From positions 20,584,001 to 20,648,000 of the forward strand of contig NC_047067.1 of NCBI RefSeq assembly GCF_902459465.1: DNA of 64,000 nucleotides. The letters run 5' to 3'. The position numbers were made by a program, and so were the translations under genes. Shown here piece after piece: positions 47,801 to 58,830 of the stretch (its first letter is position 1; each line of letters begins with the position of its first letter). Source of the stretch: Asterias rubens. Taxonomy: Eukaryota. The notes below the pieces were generated by a model, which was not told where the DNA came from, ran no database searches, and saw nothing but the letters and a program-made list of their open reading frames with translations.

Positions 47801-49791
47801 TGTTCCATCCACCTTGGGCACTAGACCTTACGTGAGTGCAGTCGACTCAACTTGGTTATATAATGAAGAGTTGATGTGAGTGCAGCCGTCGATTTCACCA
47901 AACTCTTCCCAACTTAGGATTAATCTTAGTACTTAAGACTGGGTCAGTTCCGTATTCAAATACGTAGGACGCATTGAACCCATCCTAAGTTAGCTCGAGT
48001 TATTATTGATCCTAGCATTTGTGAAATCGGTTGCTGTCAACATAAGTTGTCCGTGGTAATGAAGAATTTTTTTTTTTCTCTAACCTCTTAAAACCTCCAT
48101 TTTTGTTGATAGACATCAGCAGCACAGCATGATTATAGTTCCTATGGATGCACCTGGTGTTAAGAAGATTCGTCCCTTGACAGTCTTTGGAAATCCAGGT
48201 AATTTAGTCTTTTCATATTCCAATTGTCTTGGTTTTTCAATCCAAGTTCATATTCAAGAGTCTAATGAAACCAGAAACTGATATTGGATAATAAAGATGA
48301 GGTTCTCTATTCTCCAGAAGACGATCAGAGTATACTGATCGAAACATTGAGTTGAAACCAATGGTTCTTGTCAGAACCACCCCAACTCATTTAGAGATAG
48401 TCATTACATGGTGTTACCGCAAACCTTTCCATATCGTATTTCCACCATGCAAAGTTTCAAATCCGACTTAGGTTCTTTATTGTTTTACGCTTGATGTAAA
48501 AATCCAGGGCCCAGTTTAAGAAAAAATATGAAGCTCAGAAATTGCTTAGCATAGAAAAACCTTTCTTAGCAGAAGGAGTTTACTAGTGAAAGTGTAGTGT
48601 ACACTCACATTGTTTGTGACTGGTTCCTAATAATTGTCCGCATATAGTGTTCTGACATTGTTCCATGTTTTTGACTCGTCTTCATCAGATGCACCTCATG
48701 GACATTATGAGATCGAGTTTACCAATGTACGCGTCCCATTGGGTAACATGATTCTTGGTGAGGGACGAGGCTTTGAAATCGCCCAAGGTCGTTTAGGTCC
48801 AGGGCGCATCCATCACTGCATGCGCGGTATCGGAATGGCAGAGAGGGCGCTAGAGTTAATGTGTCAGCGAGCCATGCAGAGGAAAGCATTTGGTAAAGAG
48901 CTAGCCAAAATGGTAAGTGCTTGATATTTTAGACTTTAACTTTTATTAGTTAGATGGAACCAAAAACAAATTGACCTGTGACCGACAGAACTTGCCGGCG
49001 CTCTACAAACTGAACCATCTAGCCCTAATGTCGGCGGTTTGCCTATTTTTCAATATCTTTGTTCAGGGATGTCAGTCAGAAGCTAAACAACCTGTAAGTG
49101 CCATATGGACAGGGATCACACCCAAGTTTATAATACCACCTGGGAAGCGACACGGGAGAGGGACCACCTTAACGGATTGCAACTTTATATTTCAAATATC
49201 AAGAAAAAAAATCACAAGTGAAACTGACTGGGTAAATTTAAGCTAACTTTGGGTGGAACTTTAATTTCAACTTTCAGCTTCAGTTTGTGTATTATTTTTT
49301 TCTAGCTCTAAATGAAAGAGCAGAGTTATTCTTTTGGCACTTTGTTTGTTTTAAACAGGGTGTTATTCAGCACCAGATTGCAGAGTGCCGTTTGCTGATA
49401 GACCAGGCTAGGCTACTCACCCTCAAAGCCGCACACACTATCGATCAGTTTGGAACCAAGGAAGCTCGCAAACAGGTTGGTTTAGTTAGTTATTCAGAAA
49501 AACATCAAACATTCTACTGTCTTATATTTCTCTTTTCTGAAACATTTCTTTGATTATTGTTTTCCTGATTAGGTTGCTATGATCAAGATTGTTGCTCCAC
49601 GCATGATGAACAAGGTGATTGATCAAGCTATCCAGATCTATGGAGGGGCGGGCGTGTGTCAGGACACACCCCTAGCTGGGTTCTATGCTGGAGCTCGTAG
49701 CCTACGCATTGCTGATGGGCCTGATGAAGTACATCTTACTACTATTGGTCTGCTGGAACTCAAATCACAATCACTCAAGGCAAAGCTGTAA
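38805..49791 (+). CDS. ACAD11: Acyl-CoA dehydrogenase family member 11 (N-terminal APH-like kinase + ACAD), 17 exons, about 788 aa, C-terminal PTS1 AKL
   Basis: Exons 38805-38932, 39906-40005, 40238-40363, 40848-41009, 41638-41814, 42078-42204, 42370-42524, 43024-43130, 43907(or 43910)-44063, 45017-45224, 46041-46148, 46583-46681, 47281-47347, 48113-48198, 48689-48912, 49359-49475, 49573-49791; total 2367 nt in frame. Motifs [67 protein letters not shown]. No N-terminal HAD domain. Confidence 0.93.
40731..40862 (+). repeat. Tandem duplication of the ACAD11 intron 3 / exon 4 junction
   Basis: Two copies of GGAAAGTTTG..CATTCAG...ACAGTATTC...CATTCTTAG|GGTC.TATCTTCA, with AG acceptors 62 nt apart (40785 and 40847). 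Confidence 0.8.
43224..43591. mobile_element. Non-autonomous DNA transposon (Kolobok-like), ACAD11 intron 8
   Basis: Perfect 24-bp TIR AGATGCTATGTCAGATTTTTGGCC with TTAA on both sides (43220-43223, 43592-43595). Confidence 0.85.
44204..44423. mobile_element. Foldback element made of two inverted tRNA-like sequences, ACAD11 intron 9
   Basis: 77-bp arms (44204-44280, 44347-44423) with 4 mismatches; arms contain tRNA-like A/B boxes. A related longer copy lies at about 48955-49240. Confidence 0.7.
45270..45614 (-). mobile_element. tRNA-derived SINE with the same head as 32107-32509 but a different body
   Basis: Head (GGACACAAGTGTCA..., CGAACCCACACTCTGCTGATCA on plus) is shared with 32410-32509; the body matches 46785-46985. 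Confidence 0.65.
46785..46985 (-). mobile_element. Headless copy of the same SINE body
   Basis: GGCCACTTCAAG...CCTACTCCT..GGCTGAAACAGGGTT.CCCCTT.ACAGTC shared with 45310-45470. Confidence 0.6.
47627..47804. repeat. About 53-62-bp tandem repeat x3, ACAD11 intron 13
   Basis: Units ACTCCAACCCTGATGAG(A/G)AGGAGTGTG(C/T)CAGAACTAACTGCCCTCTTGCTT. Confidence 0.85.
47883..48036. mobile_element. MITE of the GATTTCAC family (related fragments at about 41920-42000 and 47497-47625)
   Basis: Ends CAGCCGTCGATTTCAC / GTGAAATCGGTTGCTG are imperfect inverted repeats; internal CCTAACTTAGGA-type palindromes are shared with the other fragments. Confidence 0.55.
48311..48425 (+). mobile_element. Divergent subfamily copy of the hammerhead-bearing repeat, ACAD11 intron 14 (sense)
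   Basis: TCTC-CAGAAGA-C-GATCAG-AGTATA-CTGATC-GAAAC-ATT-GAG, then hairpin GGTTCT-TGTC-AGAACC (48363-48378) and CATGGTGTTACCGCAAACC. Confidence 0.6.
48955..49240. mobile_element. Older copy of the tRNA-derived element seen at 44204-44460
   Basis: GCCGGCGCTCTAC.AACT.A.C.ATCTAGCCCTA...CAATATCTTTGT shared; ends with the reverse complement of CCCAGTCAGTTTC.CTTGTG. Confidence 0.55.
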
Positions 49792-50263
49792 TAACTGCAG
49801 ATCTATGGAGGGGCGGGCGTGTGTCAGGACACGCCCCTAGCTGGGTTCTATGCTGGAGCTCGTAGCCTACGCATTGCTGATGGGCCTGATGAAGTACATC
49901 TTACTACTATTGGTCTGCTGGAACTCAAATCACAATCACTCAAGGCAAAGCTGTAATAACTGCAGATCTATGGAGGGGCGGGCGTGTGTCAGGACACACC
50001 CCTAGCTGGGTTCTATGCTGGAGCTCGTAGCCTACGCATTGCTGATGGGCCTGATGAAGTACATCTTACTACTATTGGTCTGCTGGAACTCAAATCACAA
50101 TCACTCAAGGCAAAGCTGTAATAACTGCAGATCTATGGAGGGGCGGGCGTGTGTCAGGACACGCCCCTAGCTGGGTTCTATGCTGGAGCTCGTAGCCTAC
50201 GCATTGCTGATAGGTCTGCTGGAACTCAAATCACAATCACTCAAGGCAAAGCTGTAATAACTG
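49633..50263 (+). repeat. 165-bp tandem repeat (about 3.8 copies) of the ACAD11 coding end and stop codons
   Basis: Units start CAGATCTATGG at 49633, 49798, 49963, 50128; the fourth copy has a net 29-bp deletion. Confidence 0.95.
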
Positions 50264-50569
50264 CCAACAAATCTTTGGATTTTTCAAGCTCTAGCTGTTG
50301 TTACTCAAGTAAAGCTGGGAACAATTTGGTTTATACAAGGGCTGTGTCTTCAAGAAACTGTAATCTGAGTGCTTGGAGTAAAAGTTAGTCTAATATTACT
50401 CAATTAATCATGATCTTTAAGGTAAAACTACATGGAACTGGGAACAGGTAATTTTACACTATCACTAGCTAAAGACAGATCTGTGAGGAAGTTTGTTCAT
50501 AGAGTGCTTGTAAGCAATATCAATCGTGGTTAACCTGTAAGAGTAATTTACGTCTATGTTTTCTCCAAA

Positions 50570-50587
50570 TGGCGCCCTCTAGTGGCC
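50570..50587 (-). promoter_or_regulatory. CTCF-like motif
   Basis: GGCCACTAGAGGGCGCCA on the minus strand, matching the known CTCF core consensus. Confidence 0.5.
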
Positions 50588-52300
50588 AATCATAAAGATG
50601 TACTCTAGCATAACTTGGTTTAAAGTTAAGGTGATTGTTAAGTTGTACTACAAGGTTTAATGAACTAAACTTGACAAACTTCTTTGTCACAAATATACAA
50701 TTAAAAGTAAGAAAACCTGATAACAAAATATTCGTTGTAAGAATAATATTCTTATATTAGGGAGTTTGGTTTGAAAATAAACAAAACTAAATGAAACTTT
50801 GAAAAAAAGGTTATTTTCTTCTGATGGGCCGAGAGTACCCATCAAGTAAGTAAAAACATTTGTTTATGTCAAATAAATATATTTGTGTTTTAGTTTTAAA
50901 GAACCCTGCAAATGCTTCATTTCTAAAGTAAACATCCTCAACCAAATAATGTTAATTGATTTGAGAAGGGAGGGCTTTTGATCTCAATTGTGTGCAAACT
51001 CGGTGTATGGATTTTATTGTTATTTTGTTATTCCAAAACTTTAAAAAACATTTTAGATAAACTGAACTTAATTTTGTTTTCTAATTTGATTTTTTTGTAA
51101 ACAGTTATTTATCTATAAATGTCAGAGGTGCTGGCATTTCTAATTTGATTCAGTTGTAAACAGTTATTTAATTATAAATGTCAGAAATGCTGGCATTCCT
51201 GGAAATGTATTAAAGGAAGTGCCTTTGTAAATTTGTATTCAAAACATTTTAAAATAAGTTCTGTGTCAGTTTTTTAAACAAAATTATTTGATAAAAAAAC
51301 AATTGATAAAGATAACTGAATAGTAATGGTATACTAAATGTAATTCTCATATATTAATAACATTTTTGTATTTAATAAATGCCAATTCAAATGATTAGAA
51401 GTTGTTTCTCATTTTTTCAAGTGATTTTCTGTTGTTGTAGTTGATCCTAATATGTGCCAATAAAGCACCCAAAATGAGAAATTAAGAGCAATGAATGGGA
51501 AATCTAAAAACATGAAGTCAACTCAACTATGAACTTGATACTTTTAACTATTCTTAATTAAAGTATATGTGTGTTACAGTTTGGATGTAGTTACAACACT
51601 ATCATGGAACACCCCCCATACACAAAATAATCTCCTTATTGCACTTTCCTAAAACTTTGTAGAGGTTTGTGTTTCGTTTCAAAATATTCTTGTCACAGTT
51701 TATGTGTGGGGGAACTACAAACTCTCCTGTGTTTGTTATCTGCTGTTTAACCAAAATGACAACATGCATATAGAGCTGGTCGAAACGTCGGGTTGTTACA
51801 CTACCTACCGCAGTTCATTGTGTTTCAAATCACTTTTTGCATAAAGAAACCCCAGACAACAAAACATTCTTCGCCCATGTTTTGACTGGGTGACACTTAT
51901 TGAAACGATTTCCAAAGACTGAAATGAAATTTTGATCCGGGGGAGGCATTCAACAAGTGTTTCCCATTGAAATGCTATTATGCTGTTGTGACCTCCCCAT
52001 TACGTAAAGACCCCACCCCAGACCACGGGACAATCGATGTGGCGGCCTGGACTTCAAAAGAAGTCCCCCAATTAATTGCTAGAGGGCGCAGGTCAACTTT
52101 TTAACTGAACGAGCACGTATGTGTTGTTTGCACACAAACATTTTAACATTGTGTTTACGCATGCATATTGTGCACATGTGTGCTAAATGTTGTCGTCTTA
52201 ATTTACAGTTTGCACAGTCAGTGGTTATTAAATGCACAACTGTTTGATTGAGTTGGACGATAGAGCTTTTAAAACTGTATTCCTAATGGGTTTTACATAG

Positions 52301-53150
52301 TCATGGCAGAGGTGACCGGGACGATACGATGAGTTGGTCGGACGGGCGAGAACTCCGAGAACATCGACAGTTAGGGAGGAAGCTTGAGTCCCGATGGGGT
52401 AGCCCCCAGCTCGGTAGTTACGGCCAGCCAGCCCTCGCTGAGTACGACTCCGACGACAACATTATTGACGTGGTGAGTGAGTGAGATACACAAGGTTTAT
52501 TTATTTACAAGTACTTTGGAGTGTTTATTTCATCTTGCTTCGACGTCTATATATATTTATGTGGACTGGTGTTAATGGTTACATGATGTTTTGTACACAC
52601 CATTGCAAATGATGGCTGTCATGCCCACACCAACCAATGAAAAAGGTGTTTCATGGTCACTCGCACAATTGAATTATCTGGGCACAATTTTGCAGTAAAC
52701 AATTTTCCTTTAGAATATTTTTGCTAGGCAAATGAAGCAGGAGACCAGTCAGAAAGCCTTCATGTGGTATGGTTTATTAATATTAACTGGTTATGTTAAT
52801 GTGGAACTCAGGTAAGCAAAAGCCACTAATTGCTTTGTTTTGTTATTGTTCTTTAATTATGGAAGAAACAAAAGAATGCATCTATCTGACATATGTGTAC
52901 TTTTGTAAGTTCCATCCACACCATGCAGACTCGAAAGTTGTGACATGATACAGTTTTTGTAGTTCCTTGTTCTACATAGGCATGGCATAGATACTTGATA
53001 AGCTACCTAGAACTAGCTATGGGATGAGGTTTGTTCTGCTATCGTCTCTGCGTTGAACTAAGTAAAAGCGAAAGGAACCTCATAGTTATAGGTAGGAGAG
53101 GATTCTACAATGTCAACCAAAGAGAAGATGATGAAACAGGCTGTCACTGA
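52301..53150 (+). other. Candidate exons of an unidentified spliced gene
   Basis: GC-rich block 52301-52472 bounded by AG and GTGAGT with open frame MSWSDGRELREHRQ...YDSDDNIIDV. Candidate exons 52728-52766 or -52811 (donor GTAAGC) and 53092/53096-53150. No recognisable family. Confidence 0.3.
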
Positions 53151-56100
53151 AAGCCCTATAATAAACCATTTTGTAGTAAACAAAAAATGTGTTTGGTTCT
53201 AAGGGGCGACAATGAGGAGTTATCATGGCATTCTTTTTTCAGGAAATCTGATTTTAAAATGTCAAGATCACATAGTTTCAGAACCTTACCCTATCAAATA
53301 ATCTGGTGTTTTGTTTGTAACTCAACATCTGCGGCTGATCAAAAATCACATCTAAAAAATCATATTGAAACTTATATTTTAAATTCACCCTATCGAATAA
53401 AATTTATGTTTTGCAATGTGTAAATATTATGCAAAGTTAATTAATTTGTACAATTCATTCAAACAAAATTCTATGAAGTCTAAACATTATAATAATTAAA
53501 ATTACAGAAAAATGGAATAACCTCGGAAAGTACACGCGACCTAATCAAACATGTGACATTGACTGCACAGGGTTAATTATTTAAGTGGCTTCAACCTGTG
53601 CCTTAATAATCTACACTCACAGTACAGATTATTTGATGTACAGGGCTACTGCGTAGTGGTTGTACATTGTTTGTAGTATCACACAAAGTTGGTCAATGAT
53701 TATTAAACACTAGGAAATAATAGAACTGATGATGCCTGGTTAATCTGTGCATCGTCATTGTTCTAATGCGTACAAATTAACATTCTACAATAACGGTATT
53801 CACACCGTGTCAGCTGCTTTTACATAAAACCAAATTTCCCGGGAATTTCCTGAGAACAAATTAATAGTGTGAGTGGTGCTTAGGCTGATCATATGAAAGA
53901 ACACCAACAGGCAAAGAGTCTGTTGAGATAAGATGTATTGGTTGTTGTGAGACAACTTCGACAACTTACATTTGTTGGTTTTCACTAAGTGTTTATTTAT
54001 AAACAAAATGATATATAGTTCTCCAAAGAGACAGATTAGGGGGGGGGGGGGGTTATGACAGCTGTAATATGGATTGAACTGAATAGGCTCATCATGTATG
54101 GGATCTCTAGCATGACTAGTACCACGCTTCACTGGGTAATTAAATTATTTCCAATACTATTTGATTACTCAGTCATGACTGGTGGTCACTGCAATCTGCA
54201 CTCTTACTGATTGATACACACATTGGCTACTTAGGTCAACGTCTTAAATGACTGTTGATGAAGGCAAATTATAATATGAATAATATACATCAACCAAATT
54301 GCACCAAGTTGATTTGACAGCTGGTCCAAAATAAGGGGAAGCGACTAATCTCCCATTGTTGCATTTTAACAAATTTCTCTGCAGTATTCTCACATGCAAT
54401 TGGACCTGTGTAATATTTTTCAATTGAAACTCCATCGGTCAGAGTATGTGTGTGCATGAGGACTATGAGAGCACATTGGTTGAAATGTTGAGAGCAAACC
54501 ACTGGTTCTTTCAGAGCCAACACTGCTTCCAGTTGTAATGATTGATTCCATAGCAAATATACATAGGACTGTTCGGTCTGGTTGTGTCAGTACAACAATG
54601 TTGTATCTTGGCAACATGATTGATTTGCACTGTTCACTTATTACCATCTTTGAAATAGCTATGAAATCTTAACCTTGATGTCCCCTCAGAATTGTTCCAA
54701 CACGTTCTGATTTAGTTTCAACGAATTACTCTTTCCAGGTGTTCAATATGTATGCACAAATGATCCAGATCATACAACTTAAATATTGTATGAACTACCC
54801 ATGAAATGAAATTGTACCAAACAAGGAGATGTCCCAGTTTATGGCATTTACATGTAATGTCTGCAAAGGGAGCACTCCCCATCCCCTGGAACCCCCCCCC
54901 CCCCTCATCCCCTGTAGCCCCCCCCCCCCCAACCCCAACTCAACACAACAGTACATGTATTTTTTTTCGAACACATATTACATTATGTTTTGAATAGCTC
55001 TGTTATCATAGTAACTGCAGTCATAACAAGGAGCAATTTGATAATTTACCTGCAACTGACATTGTTTACTGTGGACACAATCACAAATAGCACTAAACTT
55101 GAGCATCATGTATACTTGGTTAATTTTTAAAAGAAAGTTTTTGTTTGCTTGATACTTCAACACAACAACATGAAGTGGACTTTGTGATGCTCTTGACTAG
55201 ATCACCGTACTTTAGACGTGAAGGCATCATTAAATCCAAAATATGCACATGTTGTATTATCTATGCCAATACTTTAGGCCTATTTGGTTTGTTGTCATTA
55301 TGCTGTTGAGGTCATGATAAGGTTATTAATTTATGAATTTTTTTTATTTTGTTGATTTCAATATTAGATAACTATGAACTGGAATTCGATACAGAAAACA
55401 ATGTACTCGTGTATAAATTATCTATATAAAAAGTATTGATTATTAATAGAAAAGGAGAATGTTGGGATCTGCCTAAAATATTGTCAAACTCATTAAAAAG
55501 TGTCATTTAAAGACCTGGTTGCTATGGATGTTGTAACCCAAATATGCTTAAAGTTCTCTCATAAAGCTAAACTGTTTTGGCTGGTTTTCATCTTATAACT
55601 GAAGGTATTGACAAAGCTTGTAAGCTGCTTTTAAAATCCCTTGTTGGTGTCCTGATTTCAGGGTTGACTGCATGCATGCAGACTTACTATCCAATAGTTT
55701 GATTTGGTTTGGAATTTTCTTCAGTCATGCACTACAGAGGGCTCACTTTAAACTTGATTGCTTTATTTTGGATGGGTCATTGTGAAAGATCTTTCGGAGT
55801 ATTGAATGGCTGGTATGTCTTTTTAGTGTTTGTATGATAACTTAGGGGTTTAAGGTCATAGTGGCTCAGATAACTTAACCCCAGGCATGTTTCATAGCCG
55901 GACAAGTTGTGTGTAATGTGTGGTTATTGGTTGAATATTCTCTTTTGTTACATTTATCTTGGTGAAAAGTGGCCAAGTTCAAACTACAGGCTTTTCTGAG
56001 ATTAGGTCGCCTGTTCAAGTTATAAAGAATAGTATCATCAAGTTTTGTACTGATTTTTATTTATTTACTTTGTTGGGAGGAGGGGAGGTGGGGGGTTGTA

Positions 56101-57499
56101 GTTTAGGGCTCTGAATGTTTACAACTTGTCATATTAGGTTTCATTTGGAATGGCTACCTCATAGTGAGTTACTGTAATGCAAAGTCCCATGTTGTCTACA
56201 GTTGTTTTAACAATTTTCTCTTTTTGTTTGTTTGCTTGTTCTTGTGATGGGTTTGTTTTAGGTGATTTACATGTAGTGTACTGTAAATGTCAGTGGTATA
56301 GTGAATGTTCTCTTTGTATGTAAATATTAACTTTTTGCTTAAAAGTGTTGATGTATTACATATTTTGACATTAATTTGAGATTGAATGTTAAACAGTTTT
56401 AATCAATATAGTCGGGCTTAATGTCTTGGTTCTGGATCTTTTTCTTAAACCAAAATAAAAGCATTTGATATAGGTTTGATCTGAGTGCACAGTACTGCAA
56501 CCTGATTTGAAGTCTGAGCGTATTATGGGAGAGACAGTTATTGGGTTTGATTAGCCGTGATGTCTAGCCCCAATCCAAGCAGGGATCCAAGCACGGCTCC
56601 GAGCAAGGCTCCAGGCAGGGCTGTGTGTGTATCTTACTGGTAGTCCTATGGGAGATTATAGGCCAAGAAATTATTTAAATTGGCTGAAGACATTTTACGC
56701 AGTGTCGTTGAAGCGTTCATTTAGAGTGAAGCTACAATTTTGCTTTGGATACAGTATGTGCTGTATTCAGTGTTTTGCGGGTATTTTCAATCGGCCCAAT
56801 ATTTATGTATACTGGATACAGGTACATGACTCTGCTCTCCCCAATACAAAAAAATGTAGGTACAGAAAAGGAAACCCTGCAGAACATTGAATCATGATGC
56901 TGTGGCGAAATCAGACAATTTCATTTTGGGGAGGGGGGGGGGGAGATCAGGGCACAGACATAATTACTATTCAATCCCATTTAAGGGGGAGGGGCAAGGG
57001 TCTGGGGGACTCTTAGATCATGGAGGAAGAAATGTATTATATGTATAGATATAGTAGCAAGCAATGACCTGGTATTCATAGATAAGTTTGTAACATACTG
57101 CAGTTGTACATAGTGCATGTACCTCAAAGTACAATAAAGAATTTGTACTTTTGCAGAATGTTTTAAAAATAGACTCCCCTCCCAGATCAACAGAATGTTG
57201 TTTTTGCTCTTACAATTGTATTTGTTGTTTGTTTGATTTCATCTACAACCACTATGCAAATCAACAAAGCCAGTGTATACCAATGTGGGAACCGACTGTC
57301 CTCAACTGATCCCGTGACTTAACTGACGCCAAAACACAGTCGGTACTTTTTGATAAACTTAGCCACGGCCCTGTCTAAAGGAAAAATGCCATTGTTTGTA
57401 TCGACGTTCATTTAACACGGACACTTGTATCATACTGTGCGTCTTAATAGGCTTTGCCACTTGCAGTACAATAGCTGTCATTCAACTGGACTGTTTAAC

Positions 57500-58830
57500 A
57501 TGTGAATGGGGTAATCGTTCAGCTAACTGGTCCACAATGCCGCAGGATAAACTATGCTCTTTTTTATCCAGTTGACAATACAATTTGATGTTAGTGGGTT
57601 GGAACCAACTTGAGCATTGGACAGAGGAGGGCTTGTGCAAGCTCCGCAGTGTTGCGTTACAAGCACCGATTCACCTTTTGAGTTTGGGTAGTGGTGTGAA
57701 CAGGAAATATATAACATTGGATTGGCGCAGCAGGCCAACATTTATTTAGACGCCAAACCACAACCACCAGAAATACACGCATTGATATGTCAGTCACCTC
57801 AATGTGGATGAGTTTGCTCATCTTATTTTCCCGGGAGTATCAGGGCATCTTCTTGAGAAAATGCCAGAGGCGTGAGGAGGCTTTCTAAGAGGGATTATCT
57901 TGGGACTCTACTCTTAATTACTTCTAGAGAGAGAGGAGGTCTATGGTTGCTGGACGTTAGGATCTTGAACATCAAGCTGTAACGTTTTGTGGATGATTAT
58001 CTTTTGCCCTTCTTGAGCTACTTTGTGGTCCCTAGCAACCATTGAGATCAAGAAGATTGATTCTACTTAAATCCATCTCATCAAAGTGCCATCCAAAACT
58101 TGGAAATGTGTAAGCTGCATTCACGTTTACTTTATTGCCACCTTGCTCCCCATGGGCAACTGAGTTTGGAGATTAATTTCAAGAGTAGTTGGAAGCTGCT
58201 CTGAAATGTAAATACTGAAAGTTGGTCGAGTCAATATTTGTTTACTGCATGAATGCATTCATCTGTGAACTCAAGAGTCCTCCACCAATCCCAAGATAGG
58301 TTGTCAATTTCACACTGAAAAGCCATTCCAGCAAGTATTTCTTCTTGGAAAGAGCACCCAAAATAACTTCCTGGAGCAAAGAACTTTTTCACAGAACCAA
58401 GACGCAGCAGACCAATCACTGATTGCTAACAGAACAATGATTCAAAGTCATGGTTTTCTATGCAAACACTCTACCATCGCCAGAAATCTCACATAACAAG
58501 GTGTACTTTGTGGATATAAAGTAACTTCTCAAAACTTTAAAGGTGCCATCTATATTTTCTTCTTCAAAAGAAAAGTTTGAAACTGGCAATGAGTTCTTAT
58601 AAGTATTTCCTGATGGACAGTGATGATAGGGAAGGCATCCATGATCCTCGTACTGGAATTACTCATGTTCTGCCTGAGGATTTGGACCAGCTGTTCGAGC
58701 TCCAGCCACGAGTCTGGAAAGATGGGATCAGGACCCACCAACTGGAGGTAAATCAGATATTTCAGTTTTTTTTTTCTTGAAAGCACTTATGGATACTCTT
58801 GGCGATTTACTTTTGTTGGTCTCTACGGAC
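57500..58830 (+). mobile_element. Heavily decayed L1/Tx1-like LINE 3' region
   Basis: Broken frames give SRERGGLWLLDVRI (compare the L1/Tx1 P..GGLGL.D motif) and PEDLDQLFELQPRVWK (a degraded C-terminal E..HLF..C..W motif); many stops. Confidence 0.3.

Noticed and set aside
47627-47804. Tandem CTGATGAG units as a hammerhead array
   Set aside because: There is no stem II followed by GAAA and no NUH site with stem I pairing.
38805-49791. Calling the gene ACAD10
   Set aside because: There is no N-terminal HAD domain; the protein starts directly at the kinase domain and ends in a PTS1, as ACAD11 does.
50149-50388. 79-aa ORF as a separate gene
   Set aside because: It is the frameshifted fourth copy of the ACAD11 terminal repeat.
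54244-54647. Three overlapping minus-strand ORFs as a degraded gene
   Set aside because: No recognisable motif in any frame and no consistent splice signals.
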